From contig CATNEN010000001.1 of the NCBI GenBank assembly GCA_950097015.1, positions 18,476,001-18,540,000 on the forward strand: a stretch of DNA of 64,000 nucleotides, written 5' to 3'. Below the pieces are notes generated by a model. That model saw only the letters and a list, made by a program, of their open reading frames with translations. It searched no databases and was not told where the DNA came from. Numbering within the stretch: the first letter of the stretch is position 1; the number at the start of each line of letters is the position of its first letter. This stretch comes from Macrostomum hystrix (taxonomy: Eukaryota > Animalia > Platyhelminthes). Both the position numbers and the translations under genes were made by a program. This document shows positions 36,701-47,586 of the stretch, piece by piece.

Positions 36701-38822
36701 TTTGGCACCTGAAGGACCCGCGGGGATAACAGCTTCGGAACCTGAAGGACCTGTTGGTATAACAGCTTTGGCACCTGAAGGACCCGTTGGGAGAACAGCT
36801 TTGGCACCTGAAGGACCCGCGGGGATAACAGCTTTGGCACCTGAAGGACCCGCGGGTATAACAGCTTCGGAACCTGAAGGACCCGTTGGGATAACAGCTT
36901 CGGAACCTGAAGGACCCGTTGGGATAACAGCTTTGGCACCTGAAGGACCCGCGGGGATAACAGCTTTGGCACCTGAAGGACCCGCGGGATAAGAGCTATT
37001 TGGTTTTATTCTTCACAAAAGAGTGAATCACTACGCTTGTTGTGTTAGCCTCACAACAAGCGTACTATGGATGCAAATGGCCGAGCAATTGGTGCTGAAG
37101 ATCCTTCCCTGTTCTGTAAAACTGCCTTCCTTTGCGCAGCTATCCAAAAAAGCATAATTGTTGTGGACCAGATCACACCAACTGCTTGTCTTTCTCTCGG
37201 CAAAAACGACAAGAGCGTCACCGCCGCAGGTTTAATGTCTTGTTGTGATTCGTGAGGTATCGAATTCCCTCCCAAGAACTGATTCCGTTTGAGAGCATCG
37301 CGAGCGGGCTCGGTTTTTGTTTCCATTCTTTTGGGGGTGGGCATTCGCCTGGTCTTGGCTCGCTTGAGCGTGAGAAAGGATACAAAAAGTCTAAACAAAA
37401 CCAAACAAACAGCCACAAGATCGGTGAGAGAGAGACAAGTGCTGCATTCAGTTGGTTCGCCTGCTCCGAACTCTGCCTCTATTGCTGCCTGGCTTGCATC
37501 AGTTCTGGCTTGACGCAACTGTCAGTGAGATGTCAGCAGTCAGGGTACTAACACAGGGCGCATTACCATGACAGTTGACAGCGTGCGAACGGAATGCCTC
37601 TGTTGGTTGGCTTCTGGCTTAAGAAGAAGCGGTTTTGTCCTGCATGTTTGCTGGCTTGTTCGCTTTGGATGCGCGAGCTAGATAGATGTACTTTGTCCAC
37701 GCGCTGTTCCGATTGGCGATTGACATTAGTTTCAGAAGGTCTCTATAACCGGTTGTTAAGATAATTAAGCAGCATGTCGATACTTGTTGCACAAAATCTT
37801 TGTTTGGCCAGGTCTTTGTGCAAAATTTGTTGATTCTAGATCTAGCAGTTCCTTATATTTCATAAGTCTGATCGATTGTTGTTTCCTTCGATGGACTTGC
37901 ATGGCTGGCCTCTCAATTTCTGGGATCGGGTTCGGGATCTGCCGACGTCACCAGCCACCCAAGGCTTCCTAACAAGAGCTGAAGTGTCAGCCGGCGGTCA
38001 TTATCAGGTCCAGGCATCGGGCGTAAATAAACGTTCCACACCAACCAAAACCCACAAGTCCGTTGTTGCATTCCGCTTGCTAACTCGTGTCACAACACCA
38101 GCCCACACAGGGACTTGACTGGCAATGGGAACTTGCAAATGGCTGTTCACTCTTCATTTTCATTGTGTTGACACAATGGCACAGCCGCTTGAACCACTGC
38201 AAGGACTGGCGAGTTGTCGCCTCCTTCGTCACACTTTCGGCAGTGCAGACAACTTATCTTTCGGTCGCATTTAAAAGCGTTTCATTCTCCATTATCGATG
38301 GCCAACATCGCAGCTTGAGGAGCCGGCGGGGTGTCTCCCCCGCGGGAGGCGCCTTGCGCAACTTGGCGCTCCCGATGGCAAACTCCGATACTAGCCTGTT
38401 TGACAACACCAACTGGTGCGAAGCGAAACCTCCTCACTCACTCCCCCCAAAAGAAGTGAAACCTGGAATGAATTTTCGCCACTTAAAAATGAATCACAGA
38501 TCCGCCCAGATCGAGTACCCCATGGGACACACAATGGAACAGAAGTCGGAGCGTCTGTCTGACTGACCTGATTGACATCTACGACCGCAGTATCAGTTCT
38601 TACTCACTTGCTTATTCGGTCTAGATAAAAAATAGTGACTGAATAGATTTTATGTAATTGTGACTGAATTCGACGGTTGATAAATTAAACAACTTCGCTT
38701 CATCTTCTAATGCTCCACCCATGATTCCATGCTGTCTCATACAATCAGTTTGTCGTCGTCAAATCGAGTTCTTGACTTATTATTATTTAATTAACAATTC
38801 CTTAACTCTTATTTAAACAGGT

Positions 38823-38882
<60 letters not shown>

Positions 38883-40053
38883 ACTGCCACCGCCGCAGTT
38901 GAATGAGTTGCAGCAGTCCAAATCGCCAGCAGAGCCGGTTGGACCGAAAAAATCGCCGTCGATCTTGAATAAGTCGTTCTCAGCGCTGGGGTCGACCGCG
39001 TCTCCATCGAAATCGCGGCGCAAAAGATCCGCTCCGCCAAGCCACATTTCCGTCTTCGGCGACGAGCATCAGCAGCGTCAGCGACCGCGCTCTGATCTCA
39101 ACCAGCTGCAGGACACACCGTTGCTGCAGTGCAACCAGCAGCAGCAGCAGCAGCAGCAGCTGACTGTTTATCAGCCCTCGCTACCGCCACTTCCGCCTCC
39201 GCCTCCTGCATCAGCCGCTGCAGCCTACAACAGCTTTCAATCCATATTTGTCTCAATGGCTCTGCATCAGTCTCTAGCTGCTTTGGGACAGCAGCAGCAG
39301 CAGCAGCAGCATCATAGACAGTCGTCACTGTTCCTTCCCCCACTACCTCCGCCACCACCGCCACAATTGGCTTCGTCCTCATTGACTCACTCGCTGATAC
39401 AGCAGCATCATCAGCAGCAGCAGCAGCAGCGCCAGCAGCAGCAGTGTTCGCCGCCAAACGCCATCTTCCCAGTCAAATGGGATCATTGCAACGAACGCAT
39501 CAGCGGCGGCGGCGGCAATGGCGCCAGTCTCGATGTCGGAAACGGACCCGACCTCGACGATGACGAAATCGACATCAATGATCAGTCAGCCGATAGCAGC
39601 TCGGTCAGCACCATTCGCCGATCGATGCATCAGCAACAACAGCAGCAGCAGCAGCAGCAGCTGGACTGGTGCACAGTGAAGCGAGGCTCTCGACCTAACC
39701 TGCCCTACGGCGCCCGTCGGACGCTGTTCCACTGGCTGGCCACCAACTTACACCAGCCCTACCCGTCTGAGGAGCAGAAGGAGGTCCTGGCCAGAGACAC
39801 GCAGCTGACAAAGACCACCGTCAACAACTGGTTTATCAACGCCAGGCGCCGCTACGTGAAGCCCCTGCAGGAAGGTCGTAGCGTTCCAGGATTTGATCTC
39901 TACCGCCTTGCTGGAATCACTGGCGCTGCCGAGGCGTCTTCTAGCCTGTGCGAGCAGCCTAAGCAGCAGCAGCAGCAGCAGCAGCAGGAGCAGCATTCAA
40001 AGCTGAAACAGAAGCTGCTGGGTGGAATTTCACCGGTGCAATCGTCGCCATGA
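33754..40053 (+). CDS. C2H2 zinc-finger + polyQ + TALE-class (Meis/Pknox-like) homeodomain transcription factor; exons 33754-34269 and 38821-40053 (about 582 aa)
   Basis: Exon 1 has three C2H2-type fingers (CPVC..H....H, CRQC..H....H, CLFC..H...H) and ends at donor cag|gtgagc in phase 0. Exon 2 starts after aaacag in phase 0 and has HQPYPSEEQKE..TVNNWFINARRRYVKP (PYP insertion, Ile50). The joining of the two exons is inferred from phase match. Confidence 0.75.
34330..35032. repeat. 29-30 bp pyrimidine-rich minisatellite (homeobox gene intron)
   Basis: Unit ccctgtcccttcattctccccctctccag. Confidence 0.95.
36024..36990. repeat. 33-bp minisatellite (homeobox gene intron)
   Basis: Unit ataacagctttggcacctgaaggacccgttggg. 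Confidence 0.96.
38824..38880 (+). repeat. Pure (CAG)19 coding microsatellite (polyQ)
   Basis: Uninterrupted CAG run at the start of homeobox exon 2; further CAG runs occur downstream. Confidence 0.95.
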
Positions 40054-40884
40054 AGGCAAAAGTTTTCACTCCTGTCCCACCAAGCGTATTTGTCTCATTT
40101 TTCCTGTTTGTGTTTGCTCTGCACATATTTTTCTTTCAAAGCACACGCTAATATGATCTTCATGTATAACTATTAGTACACAATGCACCAATCTGTGACC
40201 CGTCGCTTTTTTTAATCCCAAAAAGGAAAATACAGTTTTTTGTTTTGTGTCAGAGAAACATTACCGAACAGAGTAAGAAGCAAGTTTAAGTTGACAAATA
40301 ATGATTTGTGAGTTTTGTAAAATTGTTCTCAGCGTCTCTCCAGTGTGCTCAAATTGCTTTAAAGTTTGCTTTTCTCAGCCAATACTTTTTGGTGGTTTTC
40401 TCGCGTTTTTCTGTAGTCATACTGAAGTATTTACTTGTAGTTAATCTGCCGATTAATTGAGTAGAAAAAATAGGTTTTTTTCATTTAAACTTGTGAAAAC
40501 AGTTGACCTCAACTCCGACAAACAGTTCTACTTAAGGTAGTAAATAAGGCATCTGCGAAATCTTTTTCAAAACCTCTCTTTTTCTTGGAAAAAAATTGTG
40601 TTCTCTCTTTTTGGCTGTCTGTATTTTTTGTTTTAAACCAATATTTACGCCGGATTTAATGACGCTCTCGAAATCATTCGTTTTCTATTTGTCTTGTTTT
40701 TTTTGTTTCCTGATTGTAAAAGACAGAAATTCGTATTACTTCGTACTTCCGCAAAGCTTCAATTTTGTTCTTGATAAGGCCTAAATAAAACACGCACGCA
40801 AAGGTTAAAAAAATAGAAATTTTCAGTAACTTTCGTGTTTTCGACGCACAAGTTTTCGAAACTTCATGAAGGCAGCTTTTTTGG

Positions 40885-41245
40885 GTTCTTGGGGATCAGA
40901 GATGGGGCTTGGGATCGTTTTCTTGGGGATCAGAGATGGGATTTGGGATGATGTTCTTGGGGATCAGAGATGGGATTTGGGATGATGTTCTTGGGGATCA
41001 GAGATGGGGTTTGGGATCGTTTTCTTGGGGATCAGAGATGGGATTTGGGATGGTGTTCTTGGGGTTTAGAGATGGTATTTGGGATGGTGTTCTTGGGGTT
41101 TAGAGATGGGATTTGGGATGGTGTTCTTGGGGTTTAGAGATGGTATTTGGGATGGTGTTCTTGGGGTTTAGAGATGGGATTTGGGATGATGTTCTTTGGG
41201 ATCAGAGATGGGGTTTGGGATGGTGTTATTTGGGATCAGAGATAC
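40885..41245. repeat. 34-bp minisatellite, inverted copy of the 43295-44760 array
   Basis: Unit gatcagagatgggatttgggatgatgttcttggg. Confidence 0.93.
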
Positions 41246-41817
41246 TGGGACATGAAACAGAGGATTCAAATACTTTGTTATTGGATTTTAGACCGTCAAA
41301 TATAGATATTCTGGCAGCTCAATTAGTTACGTCTGTGTTCTCTCGATGGAAAAAGGGCGCAATGAGTTTTAAATTAATTTGATAATTCGAAAAACGGATT
41401 AATTGGACAAGTACCGTGAATACATTATTGGCCTGCTATTGTTAATTCCAGGAAGTTTTATTGCAGATTTCAACTTGGCAAGTAACACACATAGCTTTAA
41501 AAATATCACGCTTAGTTAGAAGCATTCTTCATACTGAGTTTTTTGTTAAACTGTTTCTGGAAGGTAGGCCAAGCCAGAATAAAAGTTTAATAAATTAGTT
41601 ATTTAAAATCTGTGAAAATTATTTGTCGTTGTTGTTACTGTCAGTAGTTTGGTGAGGTTTAATTAGGAAAAACAGGTTAGGTTAGTTCCTTGAATGATAA
41701 GGAATTTATCCGATAAAAAACTTATCGCACACACTATTGCATGAACTACAAGTATTTCAATACGCAGCTTAAAAAAATACGCCTATACTCAGCAGTCACA
41801 TGGCTCATGATTCTCTT

Positions 41818-44800
41818 CTACTTTTTGTTTTTCTTTGGCAGAACTTTAACTGGCTTTTTATCGTTATTTGCTTGCTGCTGTTGCTGCTGAACCTCTAGAG
41901 CATGTTGCTTATGATCAACATACTTATCAGAGAATTCCATGACGAAATTCACATCGGCGTCGGTCGGATCGTCCGCGTACTCTTCCGGCGGACCCAGGCG
42001 GTCGATGGTTTCGTAAGCGTTGTCATCGACTGAGGCGGCTCCCGATGCCTCTCGAGGTGGCAGTATCGGCGGCAGCCCCGCCTGCTTTGGCGCTGCATCG
42101 AACAGCACTGGCGGCGGCAGCGGGGTCAAGAAACCAATGTCTGACGACATCTGGCGACTTGTCACCGGTATCAGCGACATGGGCCTCCCAGTCGTTGGAC
42201 TCGGCTGGCTCTGAGGTATGGCTAAATCAGAATGGACAGGCAATTGACCTTCAATGAATAGTTAGCAAAAGCTTCAAGAACTGTACAGAAGCATCGAAAA
42301 CTGTACAGAAGCTTCAAGAACTGTACAGAAGCATCGAGAATTGTACAGAAGCTTTAAGAACAGTTCAGAAGCATCGAGAATTGTACAGAAGCTTTAAGAA
42401 CTGTACAGAAGCATCGAGAATTGTACAGAAGCTTTAAGAACTGTACAGAAGCATCGAGAATTATACAGAAGCTTCGAGAACTGTTCAGAAGCATCGAGAA
42501 TTATACAGAAGCTTCGAGAACTGTACATAAGCATCGAGAATTGTACAGAAGCTTTAAGAACTGAAAAGAAGCATCGAGAATCGTACAGAAGCATCAAAAG
42601 TTGTACAGAAGCAACAAGAACTGCACAGAAACTTCAGCAGCTGCAATGAGTTTCCAGACTGACGCTTCGTTACGGCTAGAACTATAGTAGGGAAAGTTTG
42701 GCGAACAGAAACGCTAACCTTGACTTTGACCGAACGTCGGTGGCGCGGGCACCGGCTTGGGAGTCTGCGGCTTCCGGACTGAGCTGTAATAGTCCGGCTC
42801 GGCCGATTGCATCTTCGTCTGGCGCAGAATGCGCTGCCGACGCTGCCGCCGCTGCCTTTCAAGCTTGCTTTTGATCCTCTCGGCTTTGGCCGCCAACAGC
42901 TGTTCTTGTTTCTCATCGAAGTAGCTAGGATTTGAGCACACATTGAGACCTGACGGCGCAGCCTCATTGTCATTCTCTTCCTCTGTGGCGTCCTCGTCCG
43001 AGTCATCGCTGCAGGAATCCGCCGACTGGTCTTGAGAGAGTCCGCGAGTTCGGCGCCGGGGTCCTCGCAGGCCCTGGCAGCAGGCACATTTTGGCGGTTG
43101 GCTCAGATGCACGGACAGCATCTGGACAAATTGCCCTGGTGCCGACTGGCCGAACGAATCAAAGTTGAAGGACAAAGTGGCTCGACCAGTGACTGTCCGC
43201 GTGCCGACGTCAAGCAGAACTTGGGTCTCGTTGAACTTGAAACTTTTGACGCATTGGTGGGCGAAAATTTAAACGTCAGTCAAAGCGCGAAATCCAATCC
43301 CAAATCCCGTCTAAGATCTCCTGGAAAGCCATCCCAAATCCCATCTCTGATCCCGAAGAACCCGATCCCAAACCCTATCTCTGATCCCCAAGAACACGAT
43401 CCCAAATCCCATCTCTGATCCCCAAGAACACGATCCCAAATCCCATCTCTGATCCCCAAGAACACGATCCCAAACCCTATCTCTGATCCCGAAGAACACC
43501 ATCCCAAATCCCATCTCTGATCCCCAAGAACATCATCCCAAATCCCATCTCTGATCCCCAAGAACACGATCCCAAATCCCATCTCTGATCCCCAAGAACC
43601 CGATCCCAAACCCTATCTCTGATCCCAAATCCCATCTCTAATCCTGAAGAACACCATCCTAAATCCCATCTGTGATCCCCAAGAACATGATCCCAAATCC
43701 CATCTCTGATCCCGAAGAACACGATCCCAAACCCTATCTCTGATCCCGAAGAACACCATCCCAAATCCCATCTCTGATCCCCAAGAACATCATCCCAAAT
43801 CCCATCTCTGATCCCCAAGAACCCGATCCCAAACCCTATCTCTGATCCCAAATCCCATCTCTAATCCTGAAGAACACCATCCTAAATCCCATCTGTGATC
43901 CCCAAGAATACCATCCGAAATCCCATCTCTGATCCCGAAGAACCCGATCCCAAACCCTATCTCTGATCCCGAAGAACATCATCCCAAATCCCATCTCTGA
44001 TCCCCAAGAACACGATCCCAAACTCTATCTCTGATCCCGAAGAACACGATCCGAAATCCCATCTCTGATCCCGAAGAACATCATCCCAAATCCCATCTCT
44101 GATCCGAAATAACATCATCCCAACTCCCATCTCTGATCCCTAAGAACACGATCCCAAATCCCATCTCTGATCCCCAAGAACATCATCCCAAATCCCATCT
44201 CTGATCCCCAAGAACACGATCCCAAACCCCATCTCTGATCCCGAAGAACACCATCCCAAATCCCATCTCTGATCCCCAAGAACACGATCCCAAACCCCAT
44301 CTCTGATCCCGAAGAACACCATCCCAACTCCCATCTCTGATCCCGAAGAACATCATCCCAAATCCCATCTCTGATCCCCAAGAACACGATCCCAAACCCC
44401 ATCTCTGATCCCGAAGAACACCATCCCAAATCCCATCTCTGATCCCCAAGAACACGATCCCAAACCCCATCTCTGATCCCCAAGAACACCATCCCAAATC
44501 CCATCTCTGATCCCCAAGAACACGATCCCAAATCCCATCTCTGATCCCCAAGAACATCATCCCAAATCCCATCTCTAAACCCCAAGAACACCATCCCAAA
44601 TCCCATCTCTGATCCCCAAGAAAACGATCCCAAGCCCCATCTCTGATCCCCAAGAACACCATCCCAAATCCCATCTCTGATCCCGAAGAACACGATCCCA
44701 AATCCCATCGCTGATCCCGAAGAACACGATCCCAAACGCCATCTCTGATCCCGAAGAACGCCATCTTAATTATGAAAACTAAAACTTTACGAAAACAACT

Positions 44801-46646
44801 TTGAAAATGAAGTATATTCTGACCTAGCCGAGATACCAAGAATGTTTGCGTTAATTTAGCAGAACTTTACTGGTAAATTGGATGCATTTGCTAGCTGTGC
44901 TAATTCTAACGCATTCTACAATCTACAGAGCTGCAAAATTTCAAGTCAATTCAAGCAACACAGCAACCAAAAATAGGTGTGCAGTTTATTCTAGACACTA
45001 CAGACCGAACTATTGACACATTCAATCGAGCGGTATGGCAACACTTAGACACGCTCTAGGAAAGTCACGCGAGCTTCAGTATAGAAAATTTCTATCTAAA
45101 CAATGTGTTTACAGATCGGTTGTGATAGTGTACAATGTTCGCGCGCCTCTAGAGTGTATAGGCCTGCGTTCGGTTGGAATCAAAATTCAGCTACAACCAT
45201 TGCCAGTTGCGGGCTCAGCTTACTGCGCATGCACGCCTGTAAATATCCATCTTCCATACTTGATAGCATGCAGTTTCCTAGGGAACACAGAGTGCGTAAG
45301 CGGGAGTTAAAAAATAATTCTATATTGTTCCGTAGTGTGTAAACAATTAAAATTTAGATGGTTAAAATTGGCCCTAGCACAGCTTTGCTAAGTGCTTGCA
45401 ACAAGGAAATTTGCTATAGGAAATTTGATTTGCTCGGTGATAGCCTAGTGGTTAGTGTTTTAGTCTTACGCCTTGAAGGTCGGGTGTTCGATTCCCGACT
45501 CCACAGGAACGAACTGTATCCATTTAGCAAGACACTTAACTCTGCATTACCTCAGTTCATGCAGCTGTGTTAACAGTTGAAAGACACGGGGAGCTCCTCA
45601 TCAGCTCCTCATCTTTCCCATCTCGTCATAAAGCCATCATTGCTCACCAACGGATTTGAGTCATAGGCCAGTCGCAAACGGGGCATTTATCCCTGTTCAA
45701 GAGCTCGAGTTTGAGGTTGCTGATGTACAAGTAAACCGGGTCGCCTTTCTTAAACTGCTGCAAAATCCTTGGCAGCTCTGTATCAGAACGAATATAGTCA
45801 AATGTCATCTGGCAACTGCGTTCTGAAGATAAAGACGAAGATGCAGGTCTACAGAAGAGGTCAAAACCACAAACTGGGGGCATCTTACGTTGAAGTCTAT
45901 TTAAACGTACCCGGTTCAAATGATTCGTAAATCGCAGACGATACACTTTTCATCTCCAGCTGGCTCTGAAGGTCGGCGTCATCATCGGGGGCACCCCTCA
46001 CCGTAGCGTACTCACCACCGGCGAATTCAAGCAGCTCACGCTGCGGCTGCAGCAGCTTGTTGGCTTGTCGATTTGAATCACTGGACTGGTGGCGACCGAG
46101 CTGGGCCAGGCTGAGAATGCTGGCGCTGTGCGCTCCGTCCGGTCCCTGAGAGAACTGCAGCTTCAGGTTTTGGACGAACTGCGCGAAGATGTCGTGATCC
46201 TTGCAAGACATCTTCAGGGACTTGCTGCCGACTCTGGCGCGGCCAGGCAGCTCCAATCGATAAGTTGTTACGCCTTTTTTGCTGGTCTCTTTACCGTCGC
46301 CTTTTATCTTTGGGGGACGAAATTCTGAAATTTCAATGCTTGAGGGCTCGATAACAGGCTGTGAAGCATCGACATCCTTGTTTGGCTCGCCCGTCTCATA
46401 CTCCTCGTAGAGTTCGTTGGATTCGCGCGGCTCAGTAAATGTCAGTTTTTTATTTGCCGAATCGATTTCGACCCTGGCTTCGAACCAGTCCTGCGATTTA
46501 GAAATTCAAGCAAACAATGGTATTGACTAATTTACACAATTCTAGCCTGTGAGTCTCTACTCATTTCACAAAAGCGAGAAAAGGCTTACATTTTTAGGAG
46601 GCTTCTTAAACAAACGCGACTTAACATGGAAAATATAAAAATTCAT
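41818..46646 (-). CDS. Dok/IRS/FRS2-like adaptor (PH-like + IRS-type PTB + Tyr/Pro-rich tail); exons 46646-46590, 46490-45911, 45822-45648, 43242-42719, 42248-41818 (588 aa)
   Basis: All four GT-AG junctions are phase-consistent (0,1,2,1), total 1767 nt. Spliced segment VCDWPMTQIRCFKFNETQVLLDVGTRTVTGRATLSF resembles the IRS-PTB signature (WP..IRR.G....F.EVGR.AVTG.G). Tail motifs NPSYF, DYYSSV, AYETI, EYAD. Confidence 0.75.
42268..42635. repeat. 20-bp minisatellite (adaptor gene intron 4)
   Basis: Unit ctgtacagaagcatcgagaa / ttgtacagaagctttaagaa. Confidence 0.93.
43295..44762. repeat. 34-bp minisatellite (adaptor gene intron 3)
   Basis: Unit cccaagaacacgatcccaaatcccatctctgatc. Confidence 0.96.
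45432..45570 (+). mobile_element. tRNA-derived SINE family B (CORE-like domain)
   Basis: tagcctagtggttag (A box), gttcgattccc (B box), then agcaagacacttaactctgc. Homologous to 48874-49050. Confidence 0.7.
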
Positions 46647-47577
46647 GTTCAAGTTTCTTCAATCCAAAATGGAATGGGAAATATAACCGGATGCGAATTT
46701 CGGGTTATTATGGCAAAGGCGGAATTTATTAATTCAAGGGGTATTGACATGTACATTTGCTATATTATTTTCGAACGATGATTTCCGCACGAGTATTTAA
46801 TTAATAAATTGAAGCATTAAAGTAAATAAATGTGTAAATTCTAGTATAATTAACGTTTTTTTTCATTTAGTTTGTTGAAATCGACTCTAGTTTTAATGCA
46901 CTTCTTGTTATCCAGTTAAAAACATCAAATTCTTAGAACGTGCTCAGTCTCCAATTCGTTGAGCATGTCGGTAAAATAAAACTGAGGCACCATAAAGTAA
47001 GCCTCGACGATAAATAAATATGCTTACGTCTATTGACTTACAAACAAAGAGTTATAGACCGTATTTAGGTTTAATTACTTCCTAAAGTTATACTCTTTTT
47101 AATTGAATAGTGTTTACCAGCAGTTAAAACTTTTTAAATCATACCACTACTTTTCTGTTTGAAACTTTGCTATACAACCATGAGTCTAATAGTTTAAAAT
47201 AGCTACACATAATATTAAAAAAGTTTTTTATTTTTTAAGCATTCTAGGTTGCTACTAATAACATAATTGCTATTTAAATGAAGCATATGAAAATCTATCC
47301 AATTCAGCCCCTTGTTCTGTCTACTGAAAATAACAGAATTTTCAGATTAAAGCTATTTTTCAATGATAGCAATTCTTAAGGAACTAGCTATATTACTGTA
47401 ATGTCCTATATTATAATATTTTGCAACTATGTAATAGGACAACACTTAGTGTTGCAGTATAGTGATTTCCTTGTTGACAACCTAGCCTTTTGTATTTAGC
47501 TTTCACACAAATCTAAAGTAAATATATCATTTATATACTTTTAATATGGATTAAATACTTATCATTTAACTTTCAGT
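46647..47577. promoter_or_regulatory. Probable bidirectional promoter / outron region between the adaptor gene and the aminopeptidase
   Basis: About 930 bp of AT-rich, repeat-free sequence between two divergent ATGs (46646 - and 47587 +). An acceptor ctttcag (about 47576) precedes the PSA ATG. Confidence 0.5.
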
Positions 47578-47586
47578 GATACCAAG

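Noticed and set aside
36240-36992. Collagen-like GP repeat ORF (APEGPVGRTAL)n
   Set aside because: 11-aa period is not Gly-X-Y; frameshift at about 36237; lies in an intron.
37051-38566. Several 60-160 aa ORFs in the homeobox intron
   Set aside because: No recognisable domains or consistent splice phases; probably non-coding.
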